Below, one piece after another: positions 8,062 to 15,873 of a DNA stretch of 39,259 nucleotides (position 1 is the stretch's first letter; every line of letters starts with the position of its first letter). The translations under genes were made by a program, and so were the position numbers. Below the pieces are notes generated by a model. The model saw nothing but the letters and a program-made list of their open reading frames with translations, was not told the DNA's origin and searched no databases. This stretch comes from Actinomycetota bacterium (GTDB lineage Bacteria > Actinomycetota > Thermoleophilia > Miltoncostaeales > Miltoncostaeaceae), in contig SYFI01000003.1 of NCBI GenBank assembly GCA_005800465.1, positions 1 to 39,259 of the forward strand. Reading direction: 5' to 3'.

Positions 8062-8697
8062 ATGGATGACACGGATCGTGAAATGGGAGCGGGGGACGCC
8101 ACAGGGGCAAGGGTACGTCCCGACCACGGCGCGCGGGCGGATGCCGCCCCGGTCCTATACTCGGCGGCCGTGTCCGGAACCACCTCCACGCCGCCCTCAG
8201 GTACCAGCGCTCGCCATCCCCACGGTGCTCGTGGCCGTACCCGCGTGGCGTTTATTGCGGGCGCTGCGGTGGTCATTGCCTGGATCCCCTCGTTCGTCGC
8301 GACTGCGTACTCCGTGCAGCCAGCGGGCGAGGTGCTGGCCAACCCCGTCAATGGCTGGGCATTTCTCTGGGATTCGGTGACGGCGTCGCGCGATCCCCGT
8401 CTGGGCACGCCCGACGTCGCCATGCAGGAAGCTGCGCAGCTCTGGGCCGGGAGCCCGGCCGTGGCCGCCGACGTATCACTCAAATCTCTTCCCTCCCCGT
8501 GGACCGTTCCCGTTCCCGATGGTGGCGCCCACCCCCGTGCCGGACATGACGTGGTGGCTCCGGCCGATCCGCTGCAGTGGGTGGTGCAGGGTCGCGTGAA
8601 TGGCGGACCCGATCAGGTAATTGGACTTCTTGACTACCGCACCGGCCGGGTGGTCTGGGATATCCGTCCGCTGGCAACAGCCGGAGCGGCGCGATGA
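8062..8697 (+). CDS. Hypothetical N-terminally anchored protein, translationally coupled to ponA
   Basis: The 3' part of ORF 7315..8697; the 5' part is antisense to the HAD gene. One TM segment (VAFIAGAAVVIAWIPSFVATAY) is followed by a soluble domain. The stop overlaps the PBP start (ATGA 8694-8697). The start (ATG 8062 or a downstream codon) is uncertain. Confidence 0.55.
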   Translation: MDDTDREMGAGDATGARVRPDHGARADAAPVLYSAAVSGTTSTPPSGTSARHPHGARGRTRVAFIAGAAVVIAWIPSFVATAYSVQPAGEVLANPVNGWAFLWDSVTASRDPRLGTPDVAMQEAAQLWAGSPAVAADVSLKSLPSPWTVPVPDGGAHPRAGHDVVAPADPLQWVVQGRVNGGPDQVIGLLDYRTGRVVWDIRPLATAGAAR

Positions 8698-10904
8698 TCC
8701 CGGTCAACCGCATGCGAAGGCGCCGTAAGGCCCGGGCAAAGCACGGGCGGCTGGGTGCCGGGCGCGTCGTCGCGTTCGCCCTTGTGGTGATGGTGACCAT
8801 CCTCGGGGTGGCGGGCGCGACCGCGTACCAGTCGGCCACAGCTCGCCTGCCTGGACTCGACGAACTCCAGCCGGTGGCCCTCGGCCAGAACTCGCGCATC
8901 CTCGATCGCAACGGCAAGGTGCTCGGACACATCACGGGCGTGACCAACCGCACCGAGCTTCCCTACGCACGCATCCCCAAGTCGCTACGCGATGCCACAG
9001 TGGCGATCGAGGACAAGCGCTTCTACCAGCACAACGGAGTGGACTACGTGCGCCTCGTGGGCGCCGCAGTGCGCGACGTAACCGCCGGGAGCCTCAAGCA
9101 GGGTGGCAGCACCATCACCATGCAGCTCGCGAAGAATCTGTACGACCCCAGCGCGAAGCGTGACTTTTCGCAGAAGATCAAGGAGGCCTACCTGGCCAAT
9201 GAGATCGAGCAGAAGTACACCAAGGATCAGATCCTCGCGAAGTACCTCAACGGTGTTTTCTACGGCGAGAACTCCATCGGGGTGCAGGCAGCATCGCTTA
9301 CGTACTTCAACAAGCCCGTATGGGCCATCTCGCTCCCGCAAGCGGCCCTGCTGGCCGGACTGCCGCAGGCACCGTCCGCATATAACCCCTTCCTCAACCC
9401 GAAAGATGCCACCGCGCGGCGCAACACCGTGCTGGACGAAATGGCGAGCCAGGGCTATGTGAGTCGGGCGGATGCCGATGCCGCCATGGCCAGCGATCTG
9501 GGACTGAATCGCGGCAGGTTCTACGAGCGTAAGAAAGAGGGCTACTTCTTCGATTACGTGCGCCAGCAGTTGCTCGATCAGTTTGGCGAGCAGCGTGTGC
9601 AGCAGGGTGGCCTTGCCGTTCGCACCACCATCGATCCCAAGCTGCAGCGCGCCGCCGAGCAGGCGATCGCCCGCAATCTTGGGCAGCCCGACGACCCCGC
9701 CGCCGCCATCGTGATGATTGATGCCCGCACCGGCTACATACGCGCGATGGCCACCAGCCAGACGTATGGCAGCGATAGCCAGTTCAACTACGCCACCCAG
9801 GCCAAGCGTCAGGCCGGATCGACGTTCAAGACCTTTGTGCTGACGCGGGCGATCGCCGATGGCACCAACCCGTACACCACCATCTATGCCAGCCGGCCCA
9901 TCAACATCAATGACCCCAAGTGGGGTCCGGTCGATGTGGCCACGTACTCAAACTCATACGCTGGCCCCATCTCTGTTCATAACGCCACGCTCCGCTCCGA
10001 TAACTCGGTGTACATCCAGATGACCCTCGATGAGGGACCGTACCGCGTGGTGAACATGGCCAAGCGCATGGGAATCAACGAGGACCTGCCGGTGGTCCCC
10101 TCCATTGGCCTGGGGGCGGGCGAAGTCACACCGCTCGACATGGCTACGGCGTATGCCCCGTTGGCCAACGGGGGCTTTCGCGTGAAGCCCATCTCCATCA
10201 CCGACCTGGGCGCAAATGCGCCGACCAATGGCATCGGCACCCCGAAGCGCACTCGCGTGTTCTCGGACGGCGTGGCCTACGAGGTCACCCGTATTCTGCG
10301 TGACAACGTGCAGAGTGGCACCGGCGGAGCCGCTGATATCGGCGTTCCCCAGGCGGGCAAAACCGGCACAACCGACGATTACACCGACGCCTGGTTTGTG
10401 GGCTATACGCCGCGGTACGTGTGCGCCGTGTGGGTGGGTTACCCCAATGCCGATGGCGTGCGCCGCTCGATGACCAGCGTGCACGGCATCACCGTTTCCG
10501 GCGGCTCGTTCCCAGCGCGGATCTGGGCCGACTTCATGCGTGTTGCCACCGCGAAGGACGGCTCACTCGACTGGGCAATGCCCAAGGATCCCGTTGAGTG
10601 GTCGGCGTTCTCGTCCGACTTCACCGACAGCGCCTCCCAGTACGCCGTGAGCTCAGCCAAGAGCACCAGCACCGGGCGCACCACCAGCACGCCGAAGACA
10701 ACCTCAACCGGCGGCATGAACACCAAGGTTCAGCCACCCGACACCGTGGTGGTGCCAATTCCCGCACCGGCTCCAGCTCCGGCGCCTGCTTCTGCTCCCA
10801 CCCCCGCTCCTGCTCCTGCTCCTGCTCCGGCTCCTGCTCCAGCTCCTGCTCCGGCGCCTGCTCCCACGCCGACAGCACCCACTCCCGCTCCGCCGACTCC
10901 CTAG
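8694..10904 (+). CDS. ponA: Class A penicillin-binding protein (bifunctional transglycosylase/transpeptidase, PBP1A)
   Basis: N-terminal TM. GT51 motifs AIEDKRFYQHNGVD, GGSTITMQLAKN, KIKEAYLANEIE. Transpeptidase motifs STFK (SxxK), SDN (SxN), KTGTT (KTG). Pro-Ala repeat C-terminal tail. Confidence 0.95.
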   Translation: MIPVNRMRRRRKARAKHGRLGAGRVVAFALVVMVTILGVAGATAYQSATARLPGLDELQPVALGQNSRILDRNGKVLGHITGVTNRTELPYARIPKSLRDATVAIEDKRFYQHNGVDYVRLVGAAVRDVTAGSLKQGGSTITMQLAKNLYDPSAKRDFSQKIKEAYLANEIEQKYTKDQILAKYLNGVFYGENSIGVQAASLTYFNKPVWAISLPQAALLAGLPQAPSAYNPFLNPKDATARRNTVLDEMASQGYVSRADADAAMASDLGLNRGRFYERKKEGYFFDYVRQQLLDQFGEQRVQQGGLAVRTTIDPKLQRAAEQAIARNLGQPDDPAAAIVMIDARTGYIRAMATSQTYGSDSQFNYATQAKRQAGSTFKTFVLTRAIADGTNPYTTIYASRPININDPKWGPVDVATYSNSYAGPISVHNATLRSDNSVYIQMTLDEGPYRVVNMAKRMGINEDLPVVPSIGLGAGEVTPLDMATAYAPLANGGFRVKPISITDLGANAPTNGIGTPKRTRVFSDGVAYEVTRILRDNVQSGTGGAADIGVPQAGKTGTTDDYTDAWFVGYTPRYVCAVWVGYPNADGVRRSMTSVHGITVSGGSFPARIWADFMRVATAKDGSLDWAMPKDPVEWSAFSSDFTDSASQYAVSSAKSTSTGRTTSTPKTTSTGGMNTKVQPPDTVVVPIPAPAPAPAPASAPTPAPAPAPAPAPAPAPAPAPAPTPTAPTPAPPTP
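10761..10901 (+). repeat. Coding low-complexity (Pro-Ala/Pro-Thr)n tract at the PBP1A C-terminus
   Basis: DNA is reiterated cc(n)gc(n) hexamers (gctcctgctcctgctcctgctccggctcctgctccagctcctgctccggcgcctgct). They encode PAPAPAPAPASAPTPAPAPAPAPAPAPAPAPAPAPTPTAPTPAPPTP. Confidence 0.9.
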
Positions 10905-11389
10905 GAGACGTCCTCCGCCCCGATCATGTCCTTCGAGCGGGCGGTGAGCAGCAGGATACCGGCCATTCCCGCGAGGGCCGCTCCTACGATGGTGATCCAT
11001 GCCGCTGGCAGCACAGTGATGATCCAGTCGCCGCCGAGCGGCGATGCGGGCATGCCGGGGCGTTCGGCCACCACACCAACGGCGGGCACGAGCGCGGCGC
11101 GCGAGGCCCACCCCACGGCCACCACCGCGGCCATCACGATAAATGAGCCGATAACGCGTGCCAGTCGGGTGCCTGTGCGTGGCCTCCACCAAATGGTGAG
11201 GAGCCCCGCGATCGCCAGCACCACACCGGCCACGGGAAGGATCCACGTGCCACCGGTGGCGCCATACCCCGACAACTGGTCGGAGCCCGTGGGAAGGTCG
11301 GCCGAGTACCACGGGAGCCCGGGAAGTACGGCGAGCAGCAGACCACAGCCCGTCGCGGCGAGGCCGAGCACGGGCACGCGCATGCTCAT
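10901..11389 (-). CDS. Small Trp-rich membrane protein (about 4 TM), unknown function
   Basis: Starts at internal ATG 11389 (MSMRVPVLGLAATGCGLLLAVL...), which overlaps the DUF2079 stop (ATGA). Hydrophobic segments alternate with short loops. It is the last gene of the six-gene operon. Confidence 0.7.
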   Translation of the reverse strand: MSMRVPVLGLAATGCGLLLAVLPGLPWYSADLPTGSDQLSGYGATGGTWILPVAGVVLAIAGLLTIWWRPRTGTRLARVIGSFIVMAAVVAVGWASRAALVPAVGVVAERPGMPASPLGGDWIITVLPAAWITIVGAALAGMAGILLLTARSKDMIGAEDVS

Positions 11390-12894
11390 GCACCCGCCCG
11401 GGGGCGCACTCTGTGGAACACCACGACCCCGCCCGTGTTCCACACAAGCCGGAAGTCGGCGCGCCTTGCCAGATTGTCAAGCGCCGCCTGAAACCCCCGG
11501 GGGTCAAGGCGGTCGTACATATCGGGACGCGTCCGGTCCACGATCACCCATTCGGCGTCGTCGATGGCCGGAAACACCAGGATCCGGGTGCGGGCCGACA
11601 AGTGCCCACCGGGGTTATTCCCCGCCGACACGATGGCGCGATCCGGGATGAGCGCGGCGGCCCGGTCGAGTGCCTCCGACGTCGCAGTGCGCTCGTACTG
11701 CGCCAGTCGCGAGGGCGATGCCACCGACACACCCTGAAACCACGGCAGCGGTCCCTTGATCATGGTGGCCAGCACTCCTGCGACAACCAGCCCAAGCGCC
11801 ATTCCCCCACTCGCCCGCGCCGCGCGGCCAAGCCAGGGGGGGCGCCCGTGCTCGCGCAGGTGTGAGAGCCCGAGCAGGGCAGCGGCAATGAGGTACGGAC
11901 TCGGGACCGCCGCGTAGTGGAATTCCACCGAGTAGTTGGGCCACCACTCGGCGAGCATGTTCATGAGAAGATCAGGAAGCGCGCACACCGCCAGCAATGG
12001 TGCGGCCAACGGCAGCAGAAGCAGCGGCACAAGGAGAATGAGCAGATACGATAGACGCGACCAGCCACCGATCGTGGTGACGAGGTCCACGGGACTCGTG
12101 ACCGCGCCCACGATGGCCTTTGCGGGGGTGGCGCCGAACTTGCCGTAGCGCTCGGCAAACGGTGCGGGCAGCCCACTTCCGGCGGCGGGGATGATGATCA
12201 GTACCGCGATGGCGGTCCATGCCAGTGCAGAGACCGCGAGCACGGCGCCTGCGATGCGGCGGCGATGGCGGATCGCAATCCACAGCCCAAGCATGGCGAT
12301 GGAGAGGCCCACCTGCTCCTTCGACATCAGGGCGAGCCCGGCCATGACACCGAGCACCACATCACGGTGGGTCTCGGCTGCCCATATGGCATACATGATG
12401 AGCGGCGCGGCAAGGGTCACTGCGTGAAAGTCGGTGAGTACCGCCCACTGGAGCGGTACATACAGCAGGTAGGCGGCGGCGGCGGCCACAGCCAGGCGGT
12501 CGTCGCGCAGCCACAGGCGTCCCAGCCAAAATGCCGGCAGTGCCCCCAGTGCCACGATCAGCGCCTGCGCCACCAGCAGGGGCACGGGTGACGTGGTGAC
12601 CCACTGCAACGGGGCGAACGCCATGAGCAGCGGATCGACATGTGATCCAAGCCGGCTGATCTGCGCGCCGGCCGCGTCGGTGGCCTCGAGAGGATGCCCC
12701 TGGGCTGTGCTCCAGATCGCCTGCACCATGTTTCCGAGATCAAAGCGCCCGGTCCACCACGCCTCGTGGCGCCCGGCCGCCAGCCAAGAGAAGAGCGACG
12801 CCCATCCAGCCACCATGAGCCACACCAGAAGCCGTGGCAGATCGCGGGTGATGGCATTGGGGTTCAGCCGGCCAGCAAGTGGGGCGGTGCTCAT
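11386..12894 (-). CDS. DUF2079-family polytopic membrane protein (GT-C-like putative glycosyltransferase)
   Basis: 502 aa, many TM helices. The N-terminal pattern GRFDLGNMVQAIWSTAQGHPLE...SRLGSHVDPLL is what I associate with DUF2079. The large C-terminal soluble part contains VIVDRTRPDMYD. Confidence 0.75.
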   Translation of the reverse strand: MSTAPLAGRLNPNAITRDLPRLLVWLMVAGWASLFSWLAAGRHEAWWTGRFDLGNMVQAIWSTAQGHPLEATDAAGAQISRLGSHVDPLLMAFAPLQWVTTSPVPLLVAQALIVALGALPAFWLGRLWLRDDRLAVAAAAAYLLYVPLQWAVLTDFHAVTLAAPLIMYAIWAAETHRDVVLGVMAGLALMSKEQVGLSIAMLGLWIAIRHRRRIAGAVLAVSALAWTAIAVLIIIPAAGSGLPAPFAERYGKFGATPAKAIVGAVTSPVDLVTTIGGWSRLSYLLILLVPLLLLPLAAPLLAVCALPDLLMNMLAEWWPNYSVEFHYAAVPSPYLIAAALLGLSHLREHGRPPWLGRAARASGGMALGLVVAGVLATMIKGPLPWFQGVSVASPSRLAQYERTATSEALDRAAALIPDRAIVSAGNNPGGHLSARTRILVFPAIDDAEWVIVDRTRPDMYDRLDPRGFQAALDNLARRADFRLVWNTGGVVVFHRVRPRAGA

Positions 12895-13811
12895 CGGCGT
12901 GACACCCGCCGGCCCCAGGCCGTAGCCAGGGCGACGAACACCAGCTCCACGACGATGAGCGCCAGGCGCGACCCCACCGACAGCGCGATCGCCACGCCGC
13001 CCGGCACCTGGCGTGCCAGCACCAGGGCAAACAGGGCGTCACGGATGCCGAGCCCGGATGGCACCACAAACACCAGCATCGAGACCACGAACGCGAGCAG
13101 GAACCCACTGGCAACGCCCACCGGATTTCCGATGGCCGGGCCGCCCATCCCGCGCACCAGCGCCCACACGCTGAGTGCCAGCAGCGCCGAGGTGACGAGA
13201 TACCAGACCACCATGAGCAGGACGCGGCGGAAGGGCATGAGCGCACCGAGGGGAGGGCGCTTCGCCCGGGCCAGCAGCCATGTGGATGCGGGGCCGAACA
13301 CGCGGGGATGCAGCAATAGCGACGCCAGCGGCACACCCAGCACCAGCCAAGCCAGCGGTCCGACGGAACTTCCGCTCCCGATGTCGAGCAGCGCAACCAC
13401 GGCGAGCATGGCCGCCGCCGCGAGTGCGATCACCTGCTCGTAGGTCGTCGCGGCGAGGGTGACCATCTTTGGAACCCCATGGGCCTGGGCCATCACCGCA
13501 CGGCCCACGAGCATCAGAACGTTGCCCGGCACGTACCGCCCCAGCAACGACTTGGCCCATGCAGCGACCGTGGCGGCAACCGGCGGGGCGGGGCGGTGCA
13601 GGCCGCCCAGAATCGCGTCATAGGCGAAGGCCGAGAGTGTCAGCGACACCAGCACCAGACCGCCGCCCAGTACCAGCCAACCCGCTGATGGCTGCCAGTC
13701 AAATGCGGTGACGACGTCCCACGCGTTGTACACCGTCCACCCAAGGGCGGCGATGATGAGTAGCCCGGCCACAGTGCCCAGTGCGCGCATGAGGTTGCGG
13801 CGGTCGCTCAT
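12891..13811 (-). CDS. UPF0104 / lysyl-phosphatidylglycerol-synthase TM-region family (flippase-like) membrane protein
   Basis: 306 aa, about 8 TM, with LLGRYVPGNVLMLVGRAVM typical of the LPG_synthase_TM family. Overlaps both neighbours by 4 nt. Confidence 0.7.
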   Translation of the reverse strand: MSDRRNLMRALGTVAGLLIIAALGWTVYNAWDVVTAFDWQPSAGWLVLGGGLVLVSLTLSAFAYDAILGGLHRPAPPVAATVAAWAKSLLGRYVPGNVLMLVGRAVMAQAHGVPKMVTLAATTYEQVIALAAAAMLAVVALLDIGSGSSVGPLAWLVLGVPLASLLLHPRVFGPASTWLLARAKRPPLGALMPFRRVLLMVVWYLVTSALLALSVWALVRGMGGPAIGNPVGVASGFLLAFVVSMLVFVVPSGLGIRDALFALVLARQVPGGVAIALSVGSRLALIVVELVFVALATAWGRRVSRR

Positions 13812-14926
13812 GAGCGGCTGCGCTTAATGGCATCGAGCAGGGGCTCTGCCACCGCTTGGGGGGTGCCCATTTCCTCGTACCGTCGTCGCGCCGCGGTGCC
13901 AAGGCGCTCGCGCAGGGCAGGGTCGCCGGCAAGTGTGCGGAGCTCATCGGCCAGCGCATCGGGGTCGCCGGCGGGCACCAGCAGCGCGTTCTCCCCGTGC
14001 ACCAGGGCCTCGCGGATTCCTGGCGTGTCGGCAGTCAGCACCGGGCGTGCAGCCGCCATGGCCTGGAACACCTTGTTGGGGATGACCCGCGAGGCCTTGT
14101 CGCTGCGACCAAACACGCCCAGCACCACTGCGCTCGATGCAATCTCGTCTGCGAGCGCCTCGTAGGGCACCCACGGCACGTGCTGCAGCGCCTGCGGGGG
14201 GTCGCGACGCATCTCATGTGCCAGCCAGCTGTCGAGCTGACCACTGCCGATGAGGCGGACGGGAGGCACGCCCTCACCGCGCGCCGCGCTCACGATGACG
14301 TCGAGGCCGTGCATGGGCGCGAGCTTGCCGTACCAGAGCACGTGCAGAGTTCCGGACGGCTGTGGGGTGGGCGGAAAGGCATCGGGTTCGGCACCCACTG
14401 GCGCCACCACCAGGCGGTGCCGGGGCACGCCAAAGCGCATGGCCATGAAGTTGGCGTTGGCACGGGTGTCGCACAGCACGAGGTCGGCCAGGCGCAGCGT
14501 GGTGCGGTCGATCCCGGCCAGCACAGCACCACCAACGCGACCCGCGCGCGCGCGGTCGCCGGCCAGCGTGTCGGTGAGTGAGATCATCATGTCCACCACC
14601 AGCAGCGCACGGTGGCGACGGGCCACCATCCATGCCGGCACCGCGTCGGGCTGCGCCGGGTATCCCGCCACCACCACGTGCGGTGACCCGCCCGGATGCC
14701 GCTCCACGGCCAGGGCGGCCCAGGCAGCGACATAACTGCCGCCGGCCTTCATGAGATTCCCCGGAGAGAGGAAGCCCCCGGCCTTGTGGGTGGTGCGCTC
14801 CCACACGGGCCTGTGCCGCTCATCAACAACGACCCCAAGCGAGCGCAGGCCCTCCACGAGCACACGAGTACGCGGATAGTCGCGCTCGTAGGTGCCCACC
14901 CACTCGACTCGCAGCGGGCCGATCAC
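13808..14926 (-). CDS. Glycosyltransferase family 4 (GT-B, Glycos_transf_1)
   Basis: C-terminal half has LIGSGQ...VLGVFGRSDKASRVIPNKVFQAMAAARPVLTADTPGIRE..GENALLVPAGDP, the GT4 E-x7-E-type region. GTG start overlaps the upstream stop (GTGA). Confidence 0.85.
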   Translation of the reverse strand: MIGPLRVEWVGTYERDYPRTRVLVEGLRSLGVVVDERHRPVWERTTHKAGGFLSPGNLMKAGGSYVAAWAALAVERHPGGSPHVVVAGYPAQPDAVPAWMVARRHRALLVVDMMISLTDTLAGDRARAGRVGGAVLAGIDRTTLRLADLVLCDTRANANFMAMRFGVPRHRLVVAPVGAEPDAFPPTPQPSGTLHVLWYGKLAPMHGLDVIVSAARGEGVPPVRLIGSGQLDSWLAHEMRRDPPQALQHVPWVPYEALADEIASSAVVLGVFGRSDKASRVIPNKVFQAMAAARPVLTADTPGIREALVHGENALLVPAGDPDALADELRTLAGDPALRERLGTAARRRYEEMGTPQAVAEPLLDAIKRSRS

Positions 14927-15873
14927 CCCTCGATGATGCGCTCGATGCGTGACGCCGCCTCGTCCTCCTCCGACCGCAGGCGACCGCGCTGGATCAGCTC
15001 GCTCACGAGGCCGAGGGTGAACAACTGGACGCCCACCACGATGAGCAGCACCGCGAGGATCAGCAGCGGGCGGCCCCCGATGGCCTCGCCAAAGAACTTG
15101 AGCACCGTGAGGTAAATGCCGATCAGGACACCGATGAAGAACAGCAGCAGACCGGCGCCGCCAAACAGGTGCATGGGCCGGTGACGAAATCGGCCGACGA
15201 TCGAGATGGTCACCAGGTCGAGGAGCCCGCGCAGGTACCGCTCAAATCCGTACTTGCTCGTGCCGTGCTGCCGCGCCCGGTGATTGACGGGGATCTCCAC
15301 GACCGTAAAGCCCTCAGACGCCGCAATGGCCGGGATAAAGCGGTACATCTCACCGGGGATCGCCAGCGCTTTCACCACGTCTGCGCGATAGGCCTTGAAC
15401 CCACAGTTGAGATCGTGCAGTTCAAGCCCGGATGCCTTGCGGGCAGTGGCGTTGAAGATCTTCGATGGGATGCGCTTGTTCCACGGGTCGTTACGCTCCT
15501 TTTTCCACCCTGACACCAGGTCGGCGCCCTCGGCAAGCGCGGCGAGCATCCGCGGGATCTCGGCGGGGTCATCCTGCAGGTCGGCGTCGAGCGTGATGAT
15601 GACATCACCCTCTGCCTCGGTGAAGCCGGCGGTGAGTGCCGGCCCCTTCCCGAAGTTGCTTCGCATCTTGATGACGCGGATCTGTTCGTGAAGCGCCGCA
15701 AGACCCGCGAGCACCACATCGCTGCCATCGCGTGAGCCGTCGTCGATGAAGATCACCTCGTGCGGCGTGCCGACGATGCGCATGACTGGCAGCAGTTCAT
15801 TTACCAACTGCTCGAGCGAGTCGCGCTCGTCGTACACCGGGATGACGACCGAGATGAGACGTGGCGGAGTCAA
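14923..15873 (-). CDS. GT2 polyprenyl-phosphate sugar synthase-like glycosyltransferase (GtrB/DPM1/ArnC type, two C-terminal TM helices)
   Basis: ISVVIPVYDERDSL, VIFIDDGSRDGS, ITLDADLQDDP (DxD region), SGWKKERNDPW..R..S, then two C-terminal TM helices (LLLFFIGVLIGIYL, LILAVLLIVVGVQLFTLGLV). TTG start overlaps the upstream stop (TTGA). Confidence 0.9.
   Translation of the reverse strand: MTPPRLISVVIPVYDERDSLEQLVNELLPVMRIVGTPHEVIFIDDGSRDGSDVVLAGLAALHEQIRVIKMRSNFGKGPALTAGFTEAEGDVIITLDADLQDDPAEIPRMLAALAEGADLVSGWKKERNDPWNKRIPSKIFNATARKASGLELHDLNCGFKAYRADVVKALAIPGEMYRFIPAIAASEGFTVVEIPVNHRARQHGTSKYGFERYLRGLLDLVTISIVGRFRHRPMHLFGGAGLLLFFIGVLIGIYLTVLKFFGEAIGGRPLLILAVLLIVVGVQLFTLGLVSELIQRGRLRSEEDEAASRIERIIEG

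Noticed and set aside
10761-10901. Reiterated short DNA repeats that might be mistaken for a CRISPR array or a non-coding tandem repeat
   Set aside because: The repeat unit is 6 nt with no spacers. It is entirely in frame inside the PBP1A ORF, where it encodes a Pro-Ala linker.
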